A stretch of 32,000 nt of DNA from Candidatus Omnitrophota bacterium (GTDB lineage Bacteria > Omnitrophota > Gorgyraeia > Zapsychrales > JANLHA01): contig OY759724.1 in assembly GCA_963662715.1 (NCBI GenBank), positions 1,170,001 through 1,202,000 on the forward strand, written 5' to 3'. Position numbers and translations under genes: made by a program. Under the pieces are notes generated by a model. The model did no database searches. It saw nothing but the letters and a program-made list of their open reading frames with translations, and was not told where the DNA came from. Within the stretch, counting starts at the first letter, position 1. Every line of letters starts with the position of its first letter. Shown here piece by piece: positions 12,001 through 24,000 of the stretch.

Positions 12001-15000
12001 ATATTTTCCGCCTGATGTGGACAATGTTCTTGACGGACCGGACACCCCTGCCGGCTTTTGTCGTCACAAAGATATCCTTGGGCGTCAACGTCTCCGGCGG
12101 AATTTCCTGAGGAGCGACTTTTCTTCTCTTTTTGGTCTTCTTAACCGGGAGGTCTAATCCCTTATCTTTCAGGGCCGTCCTGACAGCAAACTCAATGGCG
12201 AATTTCAAGACCTGATACGGCATGGTCGGGCGGTTTCCGTGACGGACGTTCGTGTATTTGCTCATAACAGGCAGGTATTCATTTGTGACAGGAGCCCATC
12301 TCAAGAACCGGTCAATAGCGTATCCCCATGGCGTAACAACGATCTTGCCCATGGCTGTGGCGGCATGCATCGTATAGGTGTCCGGCGTCACGACGACATC
12401 GGCAGAATTGATAAGCTTGTTCAACCCTTCCAGATCATGCTGATATGTTTCCATGATCACAAGCCGGCTATCCGGGCCCTGCACTCTTCTGTAGGATCCG
12501 ATCTTTCTGTTTATCTCTGACCAGGCCTCTCCGGCGATGTCATGTTTTCGGGCTGTTTCACCGCTGTCAACAAGCACGGCCAACCGTCCCCCGTAACCGA
12601 GGATAATTTCCGAAACGATCTTGTTCATCAACCCGTAATGGTAGTCTTTTCGTTCAGTAGAGCTGAAATAATTAAATAAGACAACCACCCGTTCCGGGTA
12701 ACTCAGCTTCAGGCCGGAAGTCATTGTGTAACGCACGGGCTGATCCTGTCCGACCAAACCTGCAACTTCGGCATAATGCCTTTCCTGGGAATACACGTTA
12801 AGGATATGCGCATGTTCGTCCTTAACCTTGAACAGTTGCGTCCCGTCAAAGTAAATGATATGTTTTCCTAAAAGAAGGCTTTCCGCATTCTCCACGACTT
12901 CCACGTCCCGGCGAAGGGTGTACATGACAGACCGCTGTTGACTTCTCTGTATAGCCCGGAGGACTTCGTGGCTGGATCTTTTGTCAATGAGGAATTGGGC
13001 TAAAACCAGATCATACTGCTGCTCTTTGAGATACTTTGTCAACTTGCGGTGATGATAGGAATAAACAACTTTTTCCTGATCCGTGATATCAAAAGTGAAA
13101 AGATCGATCTCGTCAAAACCAAACACACGGCCGGCCCATTTCGTTTCCCGGCCTTTCCAGATGGTCTTCTTGTTCGGGTGAGTCACCACCGTTACTTCTT
13201 CAATGTTCGGATGAACCGCCAGGATGTTCATAACGCCGCTTTCAATAAGCTCAACACCATAATCCCGTTTGGTCGGGCTTAAAATAAGCACGCGTTTTAC
13301 GGACGGCATAATATCTTTCAGCGGCTGTTCAATCAGCGGCAGCTGTGACAGCTCCACAGGCGAAGACGCAGAGAAACTCCGTGCTTCTTCCGTTCCCCGG
13401 CCATTTTGTGCCGGGCTGAAAACCGATATTGGGCGATATATTACTTCCTGCTGAGAAGGCTTGTTGAGGCTGCCGGTAGGCGGGCCGCGGTTGATCACAG
13501 AGTATTTTAAGGATTCCTGAACATATTGATGCTCATGCCCTGCGCTAAACATCACGTACAGATGTTTGATCAAAGCCCATGCTTGGACGGCTGTATAAGC
13601 TACGGCCTTTCCGGCTTTCATAAATGAAAGCCCTGTTTGCAGTGTTACGGCCAAGCCGGAAGCTCCGCCCTGCGGCAATCCCGAATCCGGTTGTTCCTGA
13701 CCTTTTCTCAACGGCCAGCTTTGGGTCTTCCCGGCAGCTCCCAACCACAGGCCCGGCATGAATACCGGAGCATACGGACCGATACCGACCGGGGAACTGA
13801 CAGGTTTTTGTAGGGCCGGAGCAGCCTCGACCGGGATGTTCACCGCTTCATGACGAATATCTTTTGCGCTATCCGTCTTATCCGTCTCCTGCCGTAACAC
13901 CGGCGAAGATCCGTTATTCGAAGAACCATTTTCAGCAGAACTATTAAAGGTCTCATCCTGCGCCAAACGAGCGGCGGCCTGCCATTCGGCGTCCATCCAA
14001 AAATATTGCGCTTGACGGATATCTATCCCGAAACGGCGGATGAGTTCCGCCTTTGATGCCAATGTCAACCAATTAAGATTTAACGGCCCGCCAATTTCTT
14101 TCTTAACCAATGACTCCAAGACCAAGGTATAAACATCTTCAGCTTTCATGGGATAGCGGTTCTCTGTCAGCAGATCCCGGGCCTTGAACTCCAGGATAAC
14201 AGGGGCAAATTTCTCTTCATCCGGTCTGGCTTGCTCCTCGGTAGACATGAAGGAGTTCATCTCTTTCAAAGAAAGCGTCGGGCGATAGTCATCATCCGAA
14301 ACAAATTGTCCGGGAACACGGTTCTGCTGCATAGCCCAGAATTCTGCCGTCCTGCGCTGTCCGGTGACTGAGTTCTCCCATGGATGGCCGGCCTTGGTTC
14401 CGTCACCAGCCAACCACGTGCGGACCAGTCCGGCAAGGGTGCCGTGATAAAGGACCAAATCTTTTTCCTCACTCACAATGGGGGAAGAACTGCTTTGGGC
14501 CGAATTAGCAAGGGTCAACTCAACACCTTCAGCGTTATCTTCTATAGTTTTAGCGGATTCAAGCGGGCTGGAAGACATAAAATGTTTATTATTCAAGAAT
14601 GCGCGGATTCCATTCACCTGTTTCTTCTGACCTTCATAGAAGAGGATCAGATCCCTTAAATGATCTTTACGTTTAAAGAAATCAATAGCCTGTCTGCTGT
14701 AGAACGCCTCGGCTTCGTCATCGTTCATGGATTCAACTGTCCTGTGCGAGCTTGCCACCCATCCCTGATACACCTGAATCATCGACTGCAGCAGGGTTGC
14801 TCGCAGGTACTGCTGGTTAAATTTCATGGCAGCGGCATACTTGAACACAAATTGTGTCCACAATTCCTGCGGCATCTTGAACCCTTCGAAATGATGTTTG
14901 GCCAAAGCCTTCAGTTCGGCAAAAATATCCAGCTCCCCGGGCAGGACTGGCTTCAGAACATCCTGGTAAATCTCCCAGTATTCTATATATCGGCCTAACT

Positions 15001-18000
15001 CCTCAATACCGGCAACATCGCTGACATGAAATTCATTCAGCACGACATTCCGGCGGCTGAGCTCATCCTGCAACCGACTCATCGCCGTCCTGATTCCCTG
15101 TTCGATATCTTCTCTTGCCCCGGAATCTTCTCCCTTTAACGCCTTCATCCTGCCCGCCGCTTCCTTCACTTCAACAACAAGCTGCTTCACCTTGCCGATA
15201 TCCTGCGCCTTAGCGGCCACTTCCTCTTCGACCTCCATGACCTTCCGGAAATGCTTCACGTAAGCCTCGTACTTCGCCAGGGCATTATGCCCTAACACAT
15301 CGGCTTTCATCTCTTTAACCGCAGGATCATTCAGGGTCAATATCTGCTTAATGGTCTTCACCCGCCGCCATTTCTTTCCGTTCTCACTCGCCGTCAAGAT
15401 CGCAGGTTCGGCCACTTCCTGGAACATCAGCTCCAGGGCGCTTAAAATCTGATCACCCAACTGATACACTTTGTCGCTGTCGTTATGCCACTTCGCCCAG
15501 AAGTTCGCCTGTAAAATCTTCATCGGCCGGGAAATGCCCAGCGGTCTGAACAGATATCTGTCAAGTCTCGTATCGCTTCCGGTAGATAACGCAGTCAATG
15601 TCCATAAAATGTCTATCTGCCACGCTCCGTTAGTGTATATGCCGATCGGGTCGTACAGGAAGATACGTCTCATCTCCGGCCCGACCCCGAATTCGCCTCC
15701 GATCGGCTGCCCGATATCCACGCCAAACATCTGACTAAACGGCCGGGCGATACTGTGGGTGATCGTCGCGTCATATTTGCTCCTTGTATAATACGGGGCA
15801 ACGAAACTCCGCGGACTCAACACCCAGTCCAGCCACACGAGCGCCCTTAACGGATAAATTTCTTTTCTGGCCGTCCGGATATATTTCCATAATCCCATAC
15901 GTTTTCTTACGCCTTTCCAGCCCGTCATTAACGGCCATAGATGATCCCGCACCCAGCCCGGCTGGATACTGCGCAAATCAGCATCATATGTCGCAAACAA
16001 ACCGTTCTTTCTGCCTAAGTCCTCCATAACGCCCAGACCCAAATGCAGGCTGAAGCCCTTTCCTCTGACAACTTCCGGTTTCAGCATCACAAGCACCTTC
16101 AAATCTTCCGAAAGCTTGCTTAAGCGTTCTTCATATGTCCTCTCGGCCACTCTCGCCGGATGTCCTTCCTGCCAGATAATAGCTTTCAGCACATCCTCCA
16201 GCCCGGCACCATCCCTTTCCGCCAGCTCTGCCTCGGCTCTCTGCACAAAATCATCCCAGGCCGCCAGTGTTTTCACGGAGTAGGCCAGCCCTTCCGGATA
16301 TCCTCGTCCGGCCACGAGGGATTCCTCCAGAGCCTGCAGTGTCGTCTGCCGGTTTCTTTCCGTCAATATCGCCCCGCGAGCCTCGGCCACCAGCTGTTTA
16401 TAAAGCTTCATATAATCCTGCAGGAATTTATATCCAAAACTTCTGGCTACCTGGATTCTGGCTTCCTTGACGAATTGTTTTCGTTTGGCCTTTTGATCGC
16501 TCTCCGAGAGTCCGGTCAGCAGGTGTTCCTGCCCCTGAACGATGTCCTGCACAGCTTCTTCAAACCTCATTCTTTCTTCAACGACCTTCTTCTTATCCCC
16601 TTCACGCGTCACCTCCGGCCAATCGCTCATTAACTTGTCGGTGATGGCAACATATGCTTCTACCCCTTTCTTCTCCCAATACTCAAACAGCGTGCCCTCA
16701 TTCATGTTGCTTTCATGTTCCCCGACAGCCATGACAACCGTTCTTTCCCCTCTTAAATACCGGTCATGCCCCAGGACAATGGCCTCCAAGACATTATCAA
16801 TGGTATCCCCTTCACTATAGAACGGAACTGTCACAACAACATCCAGGTCTCCCTCCCACGGCTGCAGCGCTTCCGGAATTTCTTTATCTATCTTCTTTCT
16901 CGCCCAGATTCGATATCCGATAATATCCTGCTCCCGGCTGCCGTTGCCGATGATCCGCAAGAATTGCGCTTCCAGCACCTCTATTAATTCCTTATACCCG
17001 GTTCTTTCGCGTTTTATCTTCTCTGTTTGAATGCCGTTGGCTTTCACCTCAACCTGATAAATCTCTGCCAAGGCTTTCAGCTCGGCCACGATCTGCCTTA
17101 AAACTCCTGGATATTGAAGTCCGATCTCTCCCGCACCGCTCATCATCAGTTCTTCCGTAATAGCCCTGACCCTCTCCCGGTTCGACCTCGTGAACGCCTC
17201 CCAGGAATCCCTCTGTTTTGTCAGGTCATAAATGGCTTTCAGATCCCCATATCTCCCGATAATCGTTTTATCTTTCTCTGTTGATTGATACCGCCCGAAG
17301 AAATCATGCGATAAAGAAGAATCCGTTATCGGGCTGGAAACGTATTGTTTTTTCGCTTCTTGGAACACGGACAGGACTGCCGGTTCACGGCCCCACGTCT
17401 CTTCCACCAAAACATCAACCTGCTTACGGACATTTTCACTGATGCGGAAATAATTATGCGCGACTCTTTGGTAAAGGGCTTTTCTGCTCTGGCCTTTCTT
17501 TTGATTTCTTTCAATGAAAGGTTTAATGGTCGTCCCGAAGAATGCGGCCGAATCGGCGTCCGAGAGAACTCTCAGATCTTCATAATAAGGCTCTTCTGCG
17601 GAAACAGCGCCCAGGATAATCTGTCCTTTGAATAGAACGGCATGAACCCCGGCGTCATGATGTCTGATCAGAAACGCCACCTTGGCTCTCTCCTGTTCCG
17701 TGAAGATGCCTAACTGCTCGAGAAGTTTATCAACAATGCGGGCGCTGTTAAGCGGATGTGACACTTTCTTTCTGATATTTTCATCAAAAGGCGCTTTAAG
17801 TTTTTGGACTTTCAATCCCGGCAGATAACGTTCAATGTCATGCCCCATAGCTGCTATCTGCAAACTGAGATCAGCTTGCGGCTTGATTTTCCTCGCCCAT
17901 TCTAAGACTTCATCGAAATGACGGAAATCGGTCTGCGCTGTATACTCGTCTTCCGGATCGATTTCCCGGTATATCCGCAGGATGAGTTCGCGGATATAAC

Positions 18001-21000
18001 CAAACCGTTTTTCAGATTCAGAAGCGCTTGAGATCCGGTCCCGCTTTATCGCCTTTTGGATTTCTGTTACGATCCCGCGGACTTTTTCCGGCAAGAGAAC
18101 CGGTCTCGTGCTGACGAGTTGTATTTGCCGCTCAGCCTCAAGCATAGCATCCCGGTCTTCCGTTTCTTTTTCCTGCACCGGCGATGATGAATCTCGTTCC
18201 GTGGCATCTAAGATAACCTGCGCTACTGAAAGCAGGTTGGATTGTGCCGTTTTATCTTCTATCGCGTTTTCCTTGAAGAACTGAACAACGTGCGGACTGG
18301 TGAGTTTGACCTTTTCCGTTAAATGATAACTTCGGAACGAATAGTAAGTAAGATAATCTTGGATTTCCTGACGGATATCATCATCACTGGCTGTCTGCTG
18401 GCGTATCTGGGCAACCATGTTCCGGGCTAATTGTATTTCGTCCTGAATCGGGGAAGAAGGATCACGTGGGCTTTGCTTCCTGTCCCTTTCCTGCCATTCA
18501 TAGAAGGTAACATGATTGATGCCCCAGTTGTTCAGGTAGCGCAACACACGCTGCCGCGGGGCATGCGTCCGGACCTGCAGGAGGTCTATCACTTCTTCAT
18601 ACAGTTTCACGTCTCCGCCCTTCACCGCCTCTACCACCAAGTCCCGGTTCTCTTCAAATATCTTCCGCTCCTGCTCATTCACGATAACGCTGTCCCTCGC
18701 CGGCATCAGTTCTTCCGTCGGCTTCAGATGCCGTTCCACAGCGTTGATCACAGGCTTAAGCTCCCCTTCCGACACCTCGCTCACTTCCGCCACCGTCAGG
18801 GCTGACAGCTGCGCCAATCGCGGAACCGTCACGTTAATCCCTTCCTTCTTCAGCCGGATATACGCCGCTATGATACTCTGGGCTTTCGCCGACAATCCTA
18901 TCGCGTCCCCGTAATACGCCAGGTCCTTCGCCGTCCTGATCGCCTTCTCTGCCACCAGCTCCTGCAGCACGTCCGCCTTCCTGATCCTTCTTTCCACCGG
19001 GCTCGAGCTCAGGTCCATCCGGGAAACCGGAAGTTCTTCACTCGAGAGTTCGACCATCAGGTCCCAGAAGTCCGGCATGATCCCTTCATAATCCGGATGG
19101 TCTGTCTGCAGCGTCTCATACGCCTCTTCCCCGATCTCCCGGAAATCCTTCATATCCTCCGCATCCAAACGGTTCACGTCAAACCATCTCTGACCTATGT
19201 ACCCCCGGCTCTTCACGTCATAGCCCAGGATCCCCGCCAAGGTAATCTTCGCCTCTCGCGCCTTCTTCTCCCCGCGCGGGTCCGCGTTCCACATCCGGCT
19301 CAATAACTCTCCGCTCTCCAGCACGCTCTTCGCGTCCTTCGGCGTCAACAATGTCAGATACAACCCTTCATTCCCTTCAAAATATTCATGCAGTTTCCTC
19401 GCATACTCCCCTTCCTTCGTCTGCGCCTTCCTCTCCGCTTCCGTGTACGAATAGTGCAGGTGCACATACCCCAGCTCCTGATTCGCCTGCTGGTTCGCAA
19501 ACATCTGGTTCGCCACATACAGCGGCGACGGATACGCATGCCGCGGCGTCCCAAACAGCTCGATGTTGATCGGCGCCCGCAGATACTTCACATCCGCCAG
19601 CTTCGGCTCCGGCTTGTAATACACGCTTCGTCTGAACATCGTCTCGATCGGCGTTGTCCGCACCTTATCCCACAGCTCCTCATCCGTGATCCCGCCCTCC
19701 GGTACATTCAACGCCTTGCGCCAGTACAACGCATTTGTTGGCTCATCATACAGGTAATCCACAACACTCCGACCTTCCGGCAGCACCAGCTGATGCGTCG
19801 GAATCCAGATATACCGACTCGCACTGCTCCGCTCATCAAACGTGAACCGCACCGATGACTGCAGCTGCAGCCCCAGCTCTTCCCTGCGCTCTTCTCCGAA
19901 ACCTCTTTCTTTCAACCCGGCATCCGTATAGGTCTTCAGGCCCGGGAACGCGAACGTCCAGCCCTTGTACCACCAATCCAGCGGCTTGACATCCATCCCC
20001 AGGATATGCGGCATGATAAAATGCGTGAACTGGTCACCCTTCTTTTTGGCGATGATATACGCCCCGAACTGGATCGATTTGGCAAATCCTTTCACCTTGC
20101 GGCTGAACACTTCTTCGATCTCATTGAGCCGGTGCGGCCCGTTCCACGGCCGCGGACTAGTCTCCCTCTCTTCAAGCGGCGAAGAGCCCGATTCTTCACT
20201 GCCTCTTTCGATCTGGCCCTGGCTCTCTGCGGACGTCTGACCTTCTTCTTTCTCTAACAGCCGCCGTGCTTCTTCACTAATCGTAACGGTATCCGTTAAT
20301 TTTTCTTCCGAACCGGCCTTGGTTTTCTTCCTGGACGATTTCTGATCCTGCTGCGGCCGGCGGTTATTCTCAGACTTCACAATTGGATGTATCGGCTCAA
20401 CTTTACGCTCGACCTTTTTCACCGGGCTGGATGTCGCTGAATAATCCTTGATTTGTTCACTTCCGTAAGATTGATACTCTTCAAAACTAAGCGGTGAAGA
20501 GGACATCACTGTCACAGCCCCAACGTTTGATGAAATCTCTGCTGTCCGGCTTTGTGTTTGCTTCCAGGCCAAATATTCTTCCGGTGTCAGAGGTGAAGAT
20601 GAGACCATCGTCACCGCGCCCACCGGAGAAGAGACCTTTTCGGCAGCCTGGGCCTGTTTCCATGCCGTATACTCTTCCTGAGTCAGCGGGGTAGAGGACA
20701 TCATCGTTGACGCGCCCACCGGAGAGGACACTCTTTCAGCGGACTGGACCTGCTTCCATGCCGTGTATTCTTCCTGAGTCAGCGGGGTAGAGGACATCAT
20801 CGTTGACGCGCCCACCGGAGAAGAGACCTCTTCGGCAGCCTGGGCCTGTTTCCATGCCGTATACTCTTCCTGGGTCAGCGGGGTAGAGGACATCATCGTT
20901 GACGCGCCCACCGGCAGCTGTCTCCTAACTTTTCTGTTAACGTCTGTTGTCCCGATCATTCTCACGACCGAAATATTTCGTGATGACTCATTTGCCCGAT

Positions 21001-24000
21001 ATTTCATATTCTCGATTCTATTCTTTAAGAACTCTTCTGTAACAACATAATACCCAAACAACCGTTGGGCCATGGCAACAAACCATCGCCAGAGCCTGAG
21101 CAATGATTCGAGCAATGAACCTGGCCGGAGAATATTTTCAACAGGGATGTATATTGTCAGAGAGTTGTCCTCCTCGTCTTCCACCGGAACAAATCTCAAT
21201 GTCACTTCTTCTTTCGGCACATAAGATGAAAGCATAAACGGAACGATCATCATCGAAGACGTCATGTTGGATCGTACGATAAGTTCCCGAGACATATCAA
21301 CCGGGCTGGAAGATATCTCTTTACGGGCATCCTGAATATAAGCAAACCTCACCCGGAAAACCTTCAAGGCCTTTACGATAAATTTTTTATCCATCCGGCG
21401 TCTGGCAAATTCTTCCTCTATCTTTTCAAGGGTTTGTTCTATTTTTCTTATGACATAATCCACCTGCTCGCCAAGAATTTCGGCAACGGCCTCTTGACTG
21501 TCAAACTCCACACCCGCCAGCACTTCTTCTATAAGCCATTGCTCCAGGAAGGCCAAGTATTCCCGGGCATGATTTTGCATGCTGGCTTTCTTCGTGTCTA
21601 AAATCGTCATTTCATAGAACGGCTTAAGCGGATTCTCCTCTTTGGTAAATACCTGACCAGCCCCAACGCCAACAGTGGCATTGACAATATGCCATAATAA
21701 TCTGACAATCAAAGTGTTCTCTATCTCCGTGCCCTTAATCTCCTTATAGACACGGATAATATCTTCCGCGGTGATTTGTTCTCCCCAGGCAACAGGCAAG
21801 ACTTCACTTAAACTGTCCACTGTCCTTAATTGATCCATTAAAATTTCTGTGTCCCATTTTGCTTCAATCGGACTGGAAACGTTTTCTTCATAAAGTTCAC
21901 CGAAGCTTCCCTTGACGGAACGTCCGGCGGCAGCCGCATCCCCTGTCTCACCCTTTAATAACACGGCTGCCACCGTATAAGTTCCTTGTCCCTTCACCCT
22001 TTCGTTGTTTGTTCCTGCCTCGGCCACCGGCGAGGACACCTCTCCGGCCTCTGAAAGCAGGTCTGTTGTTTTTGTTCTATTTCCTGCGATTCTCTCGCTC
22101 AACTCGCTTCTTTCTTCCCGGACTCCGGAGGAACGTCCGGCGGCAACCGCATCCCCTGTCTCACCCTTTAATAACACGGCTGCCACCGTATAAGTTCCTT
22201 GTCCCTTCACCCTTTCGTTGTTTGTTCCTGCCCCGGCCACCGGCGAAGACACCTCTCCGGCCTCTGAAAGCAGGTCTGTTGTTTTTGTTCTATTTCCTGC
22301 GATTCTCTCGCTTAACTCGCTTCTTTCTTCCCGGACTCCGGAGGAACGTCCGGCGGCAACCGCATCCCCTGTCTCACCCTTTAATAACACGGCTGCCACC
22401 GTATAAGTTCCTTGTCCCTTCACCCTTTCGTTGTTTGTTCCTGCCCCGGCCACCGGCGAGGACACCTCTCCGGCCCCTGAAGACAGGGTTATTGTTTGTT
22501 GACTGACCTCTATAGCCTGATCGATCACCGCAGCTTGATCCGGCGTGATCTTCAAGATAAGGTCTAACTTAGTTCCCTGATCAATATCAATACGTTCAAT
22601 GCTGTGTTCTCTTTCATCCCCCTTCTGCCAATAATACCCCCGGCCTTCTCCGGTGCTGTGCGTCTCAATGGAAATATTTTCTGCATTTTCGACCGTCAGC
22701 GTTAATCCATGTCCGAAATTACCGCCTTTATCCAAACGATTCCCCTCGACCACAGCTTCTTCAATACGGACATGTTCACCGTTCTGGTTAATAAATCCCT
22801 TCCCTTGATCCAAGACGATCACATGAATCGCGTCTTCGCCCTCTTCTGTCTCTGTTCTTTCAAGCAGGATCAAACCAAAACCGCTGCCATGCTGAGCGAT
22901 ATTCTGATTTATATATCTAAATGTCTGCTCCGCAGATCTGTAATGAGACAGGACAAACGAACTAAGCCCGAAAAGTTTTAATACAGACCAATCCAGAACA
23001 TTGGAATATCCCGAGAAACTCAAAACTCCTTCTTTTTTCATTGTTTCCAGAATCACTCTGAAGCGGTCCTTAACGGCTTGTTCCTCCCCGGTCAATTCCT
23101 TCTCGTACCAAGCATCCAAAGCTCTGATCCCCGGCAACAACTTCCACAACTCATTGACCGCTTCTCTCTGAATAGGACTTGAACTCGGGCCTTCAGGAAG
23201 ATCCATTCTCGAATGCGCTCTTAATGCCGTCAGCAGCGCCTCGGCCTGAGACATGCTTGCCTTCCCGTTTCGAATCGCATTGATGCCGGCCATGCCGATC
23301 TCTTCATTTTCTAGGAGTCTGAGGAACACCTCCTGAACCTCCGGAGTTCCTTGGCGGGTCGCTCTGGACAACACATACTTCACTAACCTGCGGACGGCTT
23401 CTGCGGCTTGCTCATACCCTGTCTCTCTCTCATACCCTATCAGGAAGTCGCCCACATAATACTGATAACTCCGGTATCTCTGGAACACCACCACGTTCAC
23501 CAGCGCCTTCAGCGTCAGCTCGAGAGCTCCCTTCTGCTTGCTGAAATCGTTCTCCTTAAGGAACCCGATCACCTCTTTGATCAATCCTTCCGCCTCTTCC
23601 GACCGCTCTATCTGCTCGCGCCCCTGCGCTCCTTTTAACCGGTACACTCTTGATACATATTCTTCTGCCTGCTCAAACAACTCAACAACCGGCTCCGGAG
23701 CTGCTTCAACCCGGACCACTCTCATATCAACCTTGCCCGATTTGTACACCCGTATATCGACGATCATCTCCGATTTGTCCTTCATCTCGATCCGCACTCT
23801 CTTCGCCTTCGGGGCATTATGGTAAATCGCCCACACCCGGCCGGCCTTCATCGCGTCAAAATCATCCTGAGGATATCTGTTCCTCAGCCAGTCCCTCATA
23901 TCTTCCGTGCGGGTTAACGTCATCTCATAACCCTGCATCCAGACAGCATCAATCTCTGCCATACGAAGGTCCTTGCCCAACCGTGCTTTATAAGCCGCCT

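Noticed and set aside
20432-22480. The 213-bp and 96-bp repeat arrays as CRISPR arrays or non-coding satellites.
   Set aside because: The units are directly abutting with no spacers. Their lengths are multiples of 3, they stay in the giant reading frame, and they encode conserved peptides that start with the junction motif.
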